Source: Bispira polyomma (Eukaryota). From it: a DNA stretch of 64,000 bases. The translations under genes and the position numbers were made by a program. Of this stretch, positions 22,183 through 35,700 are shown piece after piece (position 1 is the first letter of the stretch; the number at the start of each line of letters is the position of its first letter). Under the pieces are notes generated by a model that saw only the letters and a program-made list of their open reading frames with translations, was not told where the DNA came from and made no database searches. The DNA lies in NCBI GenBank assembly GCA_965649765.1, contig OZ287750.1, positions 69,812,001 to 69,876,000 of the forward strand, in the 5' to 3' direction.

Positions 22183-25100
22183 TAGACTTTGACTGTACTA
22201 CTCATGCACATAAATGTAAGAGTAATTTTAATGATTTGAACTATTATTTACATGACTTTCTTACTAGACAGTGAATTTCATAAACTTCTATTCCTAGACA
22301 TGTTCCCTCACAAATATCCATTTTTTGTTACGATCTGTTTCTGGTCAAATCAGATATTGATATCATTTTAATATCACAGAGTTTTCTTTTAAAATATCAA
22401 CATCATACCAATGGCTATAATTAGAGGGATGTTTGTGCACATGTACAAATGTAAACAAAACTAATGAAATTTGGAGGGAGTTGCTAAGTTAAACCTGAAC
22501 ATGTAAACAAAATAATAAGTACTCTCGTGTGTGCAACCATGAGTAAATAGAAATTGCATAATTCTGACAGGTTGTGGAAAAATGTCCACTGACCCTTAAA
22601 ATCCGTTGTACAGTAAAACATGAGGACTAGAGACATAAACAAATCATAGGCCCAATAAATACCTGTGGCGTAAACTTTACAAAATGTAATTTTAATATGG
22701 GATTCTTAGTTAGCCCTCCTATGTATGCATTGATCTCAGTAAAATAACTTTATGATGCTACATACATGGACTTGTATAAGGAATCTTATGCAGAAGTTTC
22801 TCTATTTGCCTATCTACGATCACTTATGATAATACGATTACATTCTATCGAAGAAAAGCCCACACACTATGGGACGTATCCTGATGCTAATCCAATTTAC
22901 TCCCCAAATAATCACAAATAAATGCCAGCAGTCTCTTCTAATGATAAGTGATAAATACAAGCTGTGATTTCTTCCCGATTTCCAAAAGTCTCTTTGTGGA
23001 CACACTCTAATGGTTCAGTGACATCTCTCCATCTTATCTCTCCCCTACTCACATTGGCCCCTATTTTGCTGGCAAAGCACACCCTCACAAATACAGTATG
23101 GAATTCTTGAATGAACAAATAGTTTCAACCCTTGATGAGTGTTTTACTTCAGGTTACCCCTTTCCAAAAATTTTGTATCGATAATTGTACTGAACTACAT
23201 GTATTAAATTTTTAAAATATAACAAAATTGGAATGAACTGTTCATTTTATTAACATAGGCTTTTCAAAATAGAGTCTGTTAACCTGGGTTTATTGGTCAT
23301 TATTTAATATTACCAACGGCTTCCCTTCAACATATTTTTCTCAGATCAGATCAGATGTCAGCCGACGCCTGTTCCACCATCATATTTTATTGGTCAGGGA
23401 TTGAAAACATTGAGAGGTCTGTCTGATTTTTGAACAAAAATGAAGAATAAAAAGAGAGTATGTATCGAATGAAAAGAAGTGCTACATCGGCTGATGTCGG
23501 ATGTTAAAAAATTGGCCAACGTCGGAATCTGCTGAAAGGAAGCCAAGACTAATACAAAGAAAAAAAGTTAAATATGTTAAATTAGCACCCCCCCCCCCCC
23601 CTCAAAAAAAATTACTTAAAACAAATCATTGAATCACATGACCCTTTATTTGGTTTTTAGTTGTGTGGATCTGTACATTGGGATACTATGAATTCCACAA
23701 GAGATAGTGTGCTCTTTCTCCACGCAAATTGTTATATCTTAATACAGTTTAATAGAAAACAAATATTTTTTGTTATGGTCACTTAAAGGCACCGCATACA
23801 CTTTTACTTTTGGGTATCGAGCTCAGTCTGGAACACAATATCTGACATAGAAGATGGGGTAATTTCCCCATATTGAAAAGTCATTAATAATATGCCATGT
23901 GTAATTCTTAAATTAATGGTTAATTTACTCCTAAATCAACCAAATTACGACAAAATATTAATATGTTTTTGAGTATGCTTCATTTTATAATGTGGCATGT
24001 CGTGAATAAAATGTCATGTGTTGTGATCCATGAAAAAAAATGTCCAATTTACTTCTGAATCAACCAAATTACAGGGAAAAGTATTATCGTTTAGAGTTTG
24101 CATAGTAATGTGGTTCATAACATGCCTTGTTTCATGATAATGGTAACTATAAATAATAATCAAGTACACTTATACTTTAGTCCTTTAATACTTCAAATTG
24201 GATCTTTACATATACAATATTAGAGATAATCTTAGACATTAAAGTTTAAATGTCACATTAAACATGTTTCACTTCCTTCCACAATATCATGTTGTGTAAC
24301 ATGACCAATAAGTGCAAATCTTGAGGCCAAAAAAATACATGTATTTACCCAGCTTTGCTGAAACACCAGCCAATAAGGTTTTCTGTACTATTACAGTTTG
24401 TATTTTCATCCCTTTGAGCAATCCAGTTGAGAGGGTCTAAACAAATCAAATCTCCCATTATTAGATCAAAATGACAATCAGATAGTATTTTGTATTTCTG
24501 AAAGTGTGTGTGGTGGAGGAGGGGATAGGGTAGTATGGGTATTTGGGGATAGTGGGGGAAAGGGGGATGGCGTTGCACTGACGCCTGTCTACTCAACTGT
24601 ATAATGAGTAAATTCTACATTTGCTTTTCTGTCTTCTGGATCAAAGTGGAGGAAAACTTGTTTACAACACTTGCAGATTAAAACAGAAGGATAATCAACC
24701 ACTTTATTAGTAATTCAAATTCTACTTTTACCCTTTTTCTTTTGTTTAGTATTCTAGATGAGGGGAAGTAACCTACTTTGCTTGCAGACATGCGCAGGAA
24801 CCAAAACCATTTTAGAGGTGAAGCTATATGGTGTGGTCACTTTATTGTTGTTCATTGACTTCCGTTGTTCTCCCCCTATAGATAATTGCCTTTCTTTAAT
24901 TTTAAGTCGAGAGATTTATTCAGAGAATAACCAAATATCTTATATGTCATTGCACCAGAATAGTATTACAGAAGCATGTCTGCTGTTTACGTTGGCCCAG
25001 TTATTTCACCTGGTATAGTGTTGATTTTCATAACCTATTGTATTTGTTTACAGTGACAGGTGACACACATTTTAGAATTATGCCAATTAACATCTAGAGA

Positions 25101-25849
25101 TTCTGAGTAACTCTACCGTGTGGCTACATAATCTTATATGTGAGGAGAAGACGCAGTTACAAGGTATTTGATGAGTAGTTTTAAAGTAAGGACATATACA
25201 TTAAATTTAATATGGTACTTAATTGGTAGAGAACAGAGTTCATAAAGAATAGTGGTTGTATGTGAGCATTGACAATTATTCTTATTATGCAAAGATTGTT
25301 TTGGATTGTCTTCAGCTTGTCTACAACACCTCCAGTAGCCTTTTCATATATGCAAATGTCAGGAATGTTAGTATATTAGCATTGGAAAGAGAAATCGGAA
25401 TAACAAAATGACTCATCTGTTACTATTGAGGAAATTCATGGGCAAACAGCTGTATTTATTTCAGAAACCGTTGGGATCTGTTTAGTTGAACCTCAGTGGG
25501 CCAGATGACATACCCCTGTTTAAGCAATATTAATTCCTAGGTAATTGTATATCAAAATGGCATGGCCATGATTGGATGTATTGTGGCTTGTTTATTTACC
25601 CTAATACAATAGCATAGTGTAACAAATGGCAATAGTCAAGATGGCCTGCAGTAAAGGCATTTGCAACTGCAATAGTATTTTGAAATATGATGTGATGACA
25701 AATCCTGTAAAAGTCACAAATGTTATTCTGGCAGGAGCAACAGATGTTTCAAACATGTATTAAAAACGTGAATTTTACATTTTTGGCAACAACAGCAGGG
25801 AAATAGCTAATTTTGAAGATAATTATTGCAAAATGTAGATTTATTTCAC

Positions 25850-26035
25850 CAAATGGTTAGGATCAGTTCATCAATGTGGGTTCGAATCCCGTTTGTTCCT
25901 TCATGTGGGAAAATTTTTTAGGTACTCGCCGTAGGTCTGTGGTTTACAGTGCTTCAGCGCTGGTTTCTTCCACCATTAAATCTGACCATTGTGATATGAT
26001 TCAAGGCTGTTGAAAAACCCCGTAAAACTCAAATC
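25850..26035 (+). mobile_element. tRNA-derived SINE (same family)
   Basis: GGGTTCGAATCCC B box followed by TGTGGGAAA...GGTTTCTTCCACCATTAAATCTGACC body. Confidence 0.65.
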
Positions 26036-26699
26036 CCAATTCTATGTACCAAGACATTTGACTTGACAGAGTTCTATTTGAGGGGATTTTAGACGATGTG
26101 CTGTTCAACCTAACTATATTAAAGCCAGTGTATATTTTTTGCTCAATCTACATTATCCTAAAGCCTGTATTTAACTACACAGAGGAAAAGCTAGTGCAAA
26201 CAGAAAGTTTACACCTAAATTACCCCGAGGTGGTAAAGTAATGATATAAATATCAATATCCTACCCCACCATTCCCCTTACCCCCTTCTTCTCTTCCCAC
26301 AGGCCTCTGTTTGTCATGCTATGGAAGGGAGTTAACTTCATATCCGCCCCAAACGGAACAAACTCATTACTTCAGTTAATCTAAAACTCTAATTCACCCC
26401 ATTTGCAGTGCTTTCATTCTTTTTCTTCTATGCCTCACTAATATAAGCAAAAATGAAACCCTTGGCTATAAAAAGATATACCCACCCCTATCAGTTTAAG
26501 ACAAATCTTCTTTGTTTACGGTTGCTAATATGACTAGACAAAAACTCACACAGTAAAAACTGATATCCTTATTCAACGGAAATGTCCCTGTTTGTCTCCT
26601 TTAGCATTTTTAAGTAATACATACACCATAGCTGGCTGGTAAAACAATGGCCTCATTTTATGAGCTAAGCAAATGAGTGTCTCCTTTCTTAGATGTTTA

Positions 26700-26721
26700 T
26701 GTGTGTGTGTGTGTGTGTGTG
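26700..26721. repeat. (TG)n microsatellite
   Basis: About 11 TG units. Confidence 0.9.
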
Positions 26722-29700
26722 ACATAGTTTCAGCACAGCTGTTGAGACTGGTTCTAAGGCAGAGCAAATAGCCTCACAGCTTTTTTCGATTGCTATCTCT
26801 CCTTTGGAATCTCCAGTTTCCCCTCTCCTCTCCCATCGTTAGTAAGTCTACCCCCTCCCCCTTTAACTGCTAAACAGTCACGTTTTGGGGGGGTGGGGGG
26901 GGGGGCTTAAGCGTTTGACTAAAAAAACACTTGCCTCCTTCCGTCACATTCTGTCACATTCAATAATGACTTTAAAATTAACTATTAGAAACAGAAACCT
27001 CCAACAGCCAAAATATAAATAATCTGAATTTAAAGTCTAATATAAGCCATATATTAATTTACCCATATGAACATTTATTATAATTATTGTTGTCTATAAA
27101 TACAAGAACAGTGATCATAACGTTATTACAAATAACTTAAGTTAAAGGATGAAGTTGAGTCTGTTACAGGGACAAAAAGGCAAGCCCTTTGCCCTCCCCT
27201 CCCCCACAGTAAATGAGTTAATCTCAGCCAGCAATAATTAGAAGAGACAGCTAAGCCTCTGGCAAGTTTCTGGCTCTATTAACCCTTTCACACACGGTCC
27301 ATGCCTTTAAGCGTCCTTGTGGGAAAAAGCTAACAGTTTAAAAATAGCTATGTTAGACATTGTTTTGTCACCCTAAGCTCTTTTTTCTTCATTCCTTTAA
27401 ACATAGTCCTTACATCATCATTATCCTCATTACACTGAAACGATTCTAGAATTCCACTAGACAGGGTGCTATTTATATTGGGATTTTGTTTAGATAAATT
27501 AAAAACACTAAACCTTAACGATAACACTAAACCATAATGCTATAATAACATATATTGGTGACCCAAGCGTAATTGTTTGGTATTTAATATGCCAGAATAA
27601 AAATATATTACCCATGCCTAATTGTATGGTATTTAATATGCCAGAATATTTTATATACTCACGTAGGCGGATCCATGGGGTGGGGTACTTATTGTGTACT
27701 TACTGTTTACTGTGTAAAGTTGGTTAATCATTAAGACAAATGTATATGCATTATTCTGTTAATTACACTGACATAGCAAAGCTCCTGTTTTCTACTCTGA
27801 ATTTGGATAACATGGTCTAATTACACAAAACAAAATAACCACTTTCACAGTCAAACCAACATGTAATATCTCGAGCAAACCCTGTCTTTAAAACATTTTT
27901 ATTAACAACACCTCTTTACCACTATTATGCTTTATGATGAATTTATCGTTGACTTGAATGAAACTGGGCGGTATCATACTTTTGTCACTCACTGTACTAG
28001 AATACACTTGCATTCGTGTCCTGAATCAAACTAAGGCAAAACTATTTCATACCATTTACCCACCGCTAATTGAAAATAATCAGGAATCAGTTAAAGGTGA
28101 CGGATTTATATAACATAAATTATATCTGAATATTGGCTTTTTAGTAAATTCACTTATGGCTGACCAGTTAAGAAAATAATAAGCTTCAGTGTGCACTCTG
28201 CATATTCCTAGGATATATTTCATGTATACCTACAACCAGGATTCTAATCAATGGAATCATATGACTAGGCTACTTTTAATGTCCCTCCTACTTTGTGTGG
28301 TGCCTAGTACTACTACTAGTAGCAAAATTCTAATTATACCATACCCTGTAGTGTAACATTACGATTGTAATGATCAACTTATTCTACAGATGTGCTTTAC
28401 TTTTGTTTATGAAGTGGCCAATAAAATGAATGTGTTTTATACCACAGTCATGAGCCAACCACAATCAAGGTCAGTATAGTGTCGTCTAGTGTGTCACTAA
28501 TGTATATATTGAAGTACCCCTAGCTTATGTCAATAGATATTTATTAGAAAGGAACTCAAACAAGTAATGAGATCCTAGTTCTGTGTATTGAACACAAATA
28601 TATTCTAGGCCATATTTTGAGAATATTGTGAGTTTAAGACCTTTGATCCAGGATCCAGGATCCAGGTTATAGGTATAGATCCAGGTTAGTTCTTACCACT
28701 GTCAGTGTGTTATGGTCTTAAGTTATTCTGAATAACACAAAAATGAGACTTTCTGGTAAACTTTCAGACCACAGCAAGGCTATGCTAACATCATTATCAC
28801 TGCACTAATTGGAGACTAAACCAGACAATACCCCTTGTGTATTCTACTGAGCTAAGCCAGATTTGCTACAGAGAGATTAGCTTCTCTCGTGAATAAAACT
28901 GGGTTTCTATTGTCAACTCTTAGTTCTGTCTGATCAGAAAGATTCTGGGAAAGAAGTCACATAATGGCTGAAGAGATAATTAGAACTGGCCCCATTATCC
29001 TCATCCCTCTATGTAGGAGAACAAAAAAATATGAAAGAAACAGAATGTGAGAAAATTGCATTGCATTCTATACATACATCAGGTTGCCTTGGGCAGAACA
29101 GTACAGCTTTAGTTATTAGCTTTGCCAACTAGTGTGCCCAAATGATTTGGTGAGATAATTGCTGTTTTGCAATAGTGGGAAGACATTGCATTTTGATCGT
29201 TAGCTTCTTTGGCATTTTAATCACTGACAGTATGATTTGTCATTTTTGCTTTTCATTTGCTTTTTTACTCAGATCAGAATATAAAACCTGGTAACAGATT
29301 CTCATTACTAAATAGCATATCAACAAAAGCAATCATTCCAGTGTGCTTAGATTGTAAATGACATCCTACGTCTTCGTTTTGCAAGCAAAACAATCCCTCA
29401 CAGACTGGCTATAGTTGCAGGAGCAATCAATATAAGTCCAACATGTATACGTTTTATGATACAGTCTGTTACCCATACAGAATTAATTACATATAGTATA
29501 ATCTAAGCACTGTAGAAAAGCTTTGTTATTGTTCTTAATCTTTCACTAAAATGTTAGATCTTAGCTAAAAAAGTAGTTGTGATACTTTAAACTCACCACT
29601 AAATTTTAGTAGATGTTTAAGGGCGAGTATTCTGTACTCACTTATGCTTTAATTCATTGACGGTAGCACATCGAGAGACAGAGCGGCCCTTCATAAGCAA

Positions 29701-31050
29701 AACGTCGTAAATCAAAATCAGCATATACAGAGACAAAATCTGTTGAAAATAAATACATCCCCCCCATTCCTTATATATGATAAAGTAGCCATGCGCGACA
29801 TAGTACATATCAATTAATATAAAATAAAAACTAAACCTAAATCATTGGTACAAGACTGTCGGCCATTTTACGTCATATTAAATTTACAACGTTTTCCTTA
29901 TGCAAGCCGTTTTGTCCCTTTTCGTGAGTCCGTCAATAAAATAACAGCAAGGAATCTCGCTAAATAGGGACAGATTATTCGGTTTAATGTTTAGGTATAG
30001 TACTCCTTTATCACAAACCCGAGTGTATTTTATTCCATCCCGATTCGGATGTGCACCTCAGGGGATGGCTGGGCATTGATTGAATTGGCGCAGATAAGGT
30101 TAATAACAACATTATAGACAAGTTTAAAAACTGAGGTGTTTATTTAAAACAAGTATTCTACACCCAAAAAACACTATCTAATATTATAGTATTCCCATAA
30201 GCCAATCTTGGTATTTTTGAATGAAAGTATTATGAAGCCAACTGCATTTAAGTAATCGGGAACGGTACATGTTCAATGCAATAGAAACTAAGACACCTTG
30301 GCATTTTGTTCCTGTTAAATCAATATTATTAACTTTATTACCTATACCCTATTAATAACTATGCCCTATAAAAATACATGCCCTAAACATGAGAACTCTA
30401 TTTTGTATTAGTTAAAAATGGAAAATTATGCCATGTTTTGAATGTAAACAGAATATATCAGTAGTCAATGTAAACCCCAGCACCAATGCTTATCAAAACA
30501 GTTAGAAGTTAATTAACATCAAACAATTAATCTGAACGGTATTAAAAGCTCTAAAGGCCCAATTTAACATCCATTTGGGTCGGTAATGGTGTTTCATGCA
30601 TTCATCTAGCTGTAAATTTTTAGCAATAACTACAGCTTTGATAAATGCCACTGGACATAAAACAACCGCCAGATTCATATTTATTGGTTAGCAAGCTCAG
30701 AAATATTAACCTTTTATTGCACATCCCTAGATACCCCCCTTAAGTACATAAAAACGTAGGGTGGGTGGGATCAAGCTTGAGTTATGAAACTTTATCTAAA
30801 CCTCCTTTTTGTGTGTAGCCAACAGATACCACCCCCACTACCACCCCCAATATTCAGGGGCCAGCTAAATGCTTTGTAACCCTGTACTAAAGGATCCCCA
30901 CGCAATTGTCGGGTACATCAAAAATCACGATATATCACCGAGGGCTATGGTATACTGCCCCTCCAACCCCTCCCCCACTCCCCTTCCATATAAAAATCCA
31001 GCAGGACGGTCCCATTGATACAAGTACCCTGGAATTGCGCCCCTGAGGAT

Positions 31051-31065
31051 GCGCCATCTAGCGGC
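31051..31065 (-). promoter_or_regulatory. CTCF-like binding motif
   Basis: GCCGCTAGATGGCGC on the reverse strand matches the CTCF core CCnCnAGnTGGCGC; GC-rich island in AT-rich intergenic DNA about 1.5 kb upstream of the gene-2 ATG. Confidence 0.45.
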
Positions 31066-32590
31066 GGGCACTGGTCGATGAATTTTTATTGGTAACACTT
31101 TTACGACAGAACCTATTTTTTTTCCCTTCTTCTCTGCACGTGTTTTTTTTTTTTTTTTTTTTTGTAGTTCCTTGCTGTTTTTTGTTCTAATACAAACGGC
31201 TGGTTGGAAAAGTCCCCAACGTCAGCTTTGATTGATTAACATTGGCTAAAGAGCTCTTTAAAGATGTGTTTTCTAATGGATGTTGGGGGGGGGGGAGTTT
31301 TTCTTAGCTTCGTTTTCTTTTGACTGTGTTGTTTTTAACAGTCTTATTTGATTGGGGTAAAAAGAGACATTTTAAAGTTTCTGTTAAAAACCCACCAAGT
31401 TTTGCATGGATACAGAGGCATCTGTGGATAGTATTACTGACAAAAAGGACTTTGGTATAAAACAGGGATTTGTAGTCAGGGGAAAAAGTGGGATTTGTAA
31501 AAACAACAACAGAATTTCTAAAAGACAAAAAAACAAAACTACATGAACTATTTTGGAGGGAAAAGTGCTTCATCCAAAGGAGACTGGATGTCTTAAATAC
31601 AAATTAACCTGTTGTAAACGTAGTTTTTATTGGTTGGATAAGCTTACTGTCTAATGGGTAATTGATCACTTTTAACTGGCAAATTACCTTCGTGATTGAT
31701 CAGCGTTGGATTCAGTTTTGGCGGGTTTTTATCACAACTTTACTACACAACAATTCTTTTAGTGTGTTCAGTTTGTGAAAAAGAGGAGCAGGACCAAAAC
31801 CTATATCCTAAAAGGGGCTACTAGTGCTAGGAAGGGAAGCCAATGAATGGATATCCGGTATATTTACATCGATGTGTAAGGGTTAAGGGGAGGAAGTTTG
31901 CTTCAAAAAGCCACTGGACCAAACACACATACCCACCACACCACACACACTCTCTATGTGCTTGAGTTATTGCAGCACTGAATAGAGAAGCTTTTAGCAA
32001 AAAGCTAACTAGACTAACAACACATCAACTCATGGTGTAGATGGATGAAAAACACACTGGCATCAATTGACTCTTCTTTCTTCCTTTGGTTGCTTTTTTG
32101 GGTCTGTGGAGGTTATTTTCCCACACATACTTAGATTGTATGAGACTGTGAATGGAATGTTGTATTTTTAAAGTACACGAGTAAAATAAAGGGTGCTTTT
32201 CACATCTTGTGCAATTACCAAGTGAAAAGAAGGGTGTATAGAGTTCCCTGCCTGAGGCTACTCATTGACATTGTATTACAGAAAAACTGTTATCTTTTTA
32301 AAGGTATGTGTTTTTTGTGGGTGCTGATGCTTTGATAATTACTGGATAAAGTCTTATATTTGTGTGTATGTGTTTTGATCAGTCATTCAAAGAGAAATTA
32401 GCTGTGTCTCAGTTTCACTGCTAACATTTATATCATTACCGACACACTGACTTTGTGTTGCATAAGCTGAAAGTAGCGCCAGGTAGAGGGATAAAGTGAT
32501 AGGATATATTCGTGAGACGATTATGAGGCGTTTGTTCATGAGGAGATACTAGGAGATAACGTTCGTGTAAATAAGTTAGAGACATTGTAG

Positions 32591-32705
32591 ATGGCATTGG
32601 GTCTATATTGGGTCACCACTATGTTGTTTACTAGCATCACTGGCTATATCTGGATACTCCTGACTCTAGTCTCTGCGACTGACTCTACAAAGGAAAGGAT
32701 AATAG
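32591..32705 (+). CDS. Lectin-CUB receptor exon 1 (signal peptide)
   Basis: In-frame TAG directly before ATG; MALGLYWVTTMLFTSITGYIWILLTLVSA-TDSTKERII then G|gtgagg, phase 1. Confidence 0.7.
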
Positions 32706-35700
32706 GTGAGGTTTGGTAGATTAAATGTTCAATATATATTGTAGTTGTACTTACTTACTTTATCATGCATAATGACGTCACTATATTAATGTTATATCAC
32801 AGATAAGGGAACAGTTGTACAACTCTGGACTTTACCTTTTAGATGCATAGTGGATGTCATGTCAGAATGTTTAGAGTTTACACATGTTTTGATAATAAAA
32901 ATTATCATAATACATATAACATATAAGGGACCTGTGAATATAACACCTGAAGTCTAGAGGTAGGTATTCTGTTATATCACCGAGAAGGACATTCAGTAGA
33001 GTACATACCTCTGCCAAGGTGACACCTTGCCAAAAGGTGAAACAAATGTCTGGATCAGCCTTTCTACTAAGAAGAACTCCACAATTTAGTGGGTATGTTC
33101 CTATGTCTCATCCTTTCACCATATTTCAGGAAAATTAGTTCAGTATTTGTGTGTAATCCTAGTGACAAACAAATTGTACTTGAAAATATAGCCTCCTTTG
33201 GCAGATGTAATAAACAGGAACTTAACAGATGAAAATATAGGGGTGAAACATATTCTGTAGAAGTGGACATTTTTGGTGGAACTTAGTTGTATTACTTTTT
33301 ACATAAGCCTATAAGGGTCAACTAAGAAAAAATAACTAAATGGAAAAAATAAAATAATGAAATTAGAAAACTTATAGTTTCTCTGTGGATAGGTCTTCCA
33401 ACAGCAAATACCCTGAACACCCCCAACACAAGTTGCTATTATCTATAAGGGGTGGTACGACTTAGTATGTCGTAATTACGAGATAGGATATGTCGTTATT
33501 ACGTGATAGCATATGTCTTTATAAGGCCTTATAATGAATTACTATGTCATTATAACAAAAAAACATATGTCGCATTAACTACCTGTCATAACAACTTAGT
33601 ATGTTGTTATTACGACATCGCGTATGTCGTTATAACAACTTATAATGACTTACTCTGTTATATAACAAAGGTTGTCTCGATTGTGTAGCGGATTCAAATC
33701 TTGATCCTGGCATGTATGTAGGAAAGTCTGCAGTAGACATGCTAAAGGACTGTGGTTTGTAGAGCAGAAAAGCTTGATCAACTACACCACTGTTCGAATT
33801 TCTTACATCAGTGAACCGCCTGCTGTGATTTGCCACAAGACGTGTTGTGAAGGCGATATTAAACATAAAACTACAGCTAAACTAAAATTAGAAAAAAAAA
33901 TAGTTAAAACTAATTCCTAATAAAAATGTCCAGTCTTGTAATTTTAGAGGTTGGGGTAAAAGGTCTGACAGAACTAATAGGACAATTTTCAAATGTTTTA
34001 TCATAATCCATTATCTTACAATATCTAACTTGTCAATCAAACTGGTAACTTCTGAGCTGTCTCATTCCAAAGTACTTTTTACACCATTACTCAGGGACAT
34101 TAAGTCCTAATATTACAAGCCTTACTGTACAAAATCCTGCTTAAAGCCTTCCATATGAATCTTATAGACAGTACAGGTGAAAACAAAGTACACATGCACT
34201 TCTATAAATATTATTTCTGCAAGATACATCTACCATTAAAAAGCCACATAGAATATGCTTAGCTTAAAGTAAGTAGTTAACTTAAACTGCAAATTTTAAT
34301 TAATATCATTTTCTTGTGAGAGTGACCTTCCAATCCACTTATTTGGCATTCGGTGACAAATCAGGCTTGGGGTAAAATAATATTAGAATCAACCACCAGC
34401 TGGAGAATTAGCCATCTGTGATTCCCAGGCCCTTTTTACACACAAATGCAGTGTTTTTTTTTTGGATAATTTTTTAATCAAGATAAAAAGGCTATTCTCA
34501 GTTGATGGAGTAACATTCAGTTGTTTATTTCTGTCATTTTAAAAAGTTATTTTTCAGAAATTCTGATTTTAAACTTGGCACCATACAATAATATATTAGT
34601 AATACGTTGAGAAATGGAGACCTGGAACAGACGTTTAAACGTGGGTAGAGCTTTAGTCTACTTAAATGGTATACACCAGTTATAGTGATTTCAATTGGGT
34701 ATAATGTCAGAACCTGTCTATAAAGACCTATTAATGCTTAAATGTGGACTTTATATACATATGGTATCTATATTATCATAGACTTAAGGAGCGCCAAATT
34801 ATACAAGTCCTCTAAGTTGTTGAGTCTCCAAAAAGGGTTATAAGACAATTTGGCCATGCAAAAAGGTCATCATCATAAGAAGCATCCGGTCGGGTAAAAA
34901 TTTGTTAGTTAATGCTTTAGACAATTGATAATAACATTTATAACCTTGGTGTTTAAACCTGTATTTCTTGTGTAGGAATTTAAGTAGTTTATGACTTGGA
35001 TCAAGGAAACTTTAATGACTGAACTACATCCCACACAGCAGTTCTTTAATCTGTTTATTGTGCTTTGAAAAGTCCAAAGCTATCCAATAGACCACCCCGG
35101 TTATTATATTAAGTCATTTTTTGTCTATAAATGCCCTCCTTTTAAAATACATCTTGCACATTACATAGTGTAAAACCAAAAGGTTGTTATGCATTCTAGA
35201 ATTTCATACACGCAATTACAACATTATTGAAACTAATTTGATATGTATATATTTACCAGCTAGTTTTAGTTTGACTTTTACAAGTTAAGAATCAAAATAA
35301 GTTGCTCAAAAGCAAGCTATAATAAGATCCCAAGCTAAGTGAAGTGACTGTCTTTATCAATATTGTCATTTCCACTATATATACTTTACCAATATGTCAC
35401 GATTTTGAAATAGTCAACTAAGGGCGTATTGACAAAAGGTATTAGTCTTAACTTATGTAGCGATCACACTGTCCACGTTCATGGGACCGTTCGAGCCCCG
35501 TTCTGAGAACCTGAATGAACTGGAGTAAACGTCTAATATCTAGGCAAAAACTGGGCATAAACGGGCGAGATCGGCAAGAACGGGAGGCAGAGCCAGAAAT
35601 TTTGAACATGTTCAAAACTTCTGTGGATGGTCGGCTCTGAAAGCACATCTTGAGAGAACTGGAGAAAGGGGGTGTGTTCGGCGCCTAAACAGGGCTTAAA

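Noticed and set aside
22200-30000. Possible hidden gene in the intergenic region
   Set aside because: Only short motif-less ORFs, microsatellites and repeat fragments; no exon chain could be built on either strand.
31900-32411. Possible 5' UTR exon and intron of the lectin-CUB gene (donor AAG|GTATGT at 32304)
   Set aside because: Plausible but cannot be supported without transcript data.
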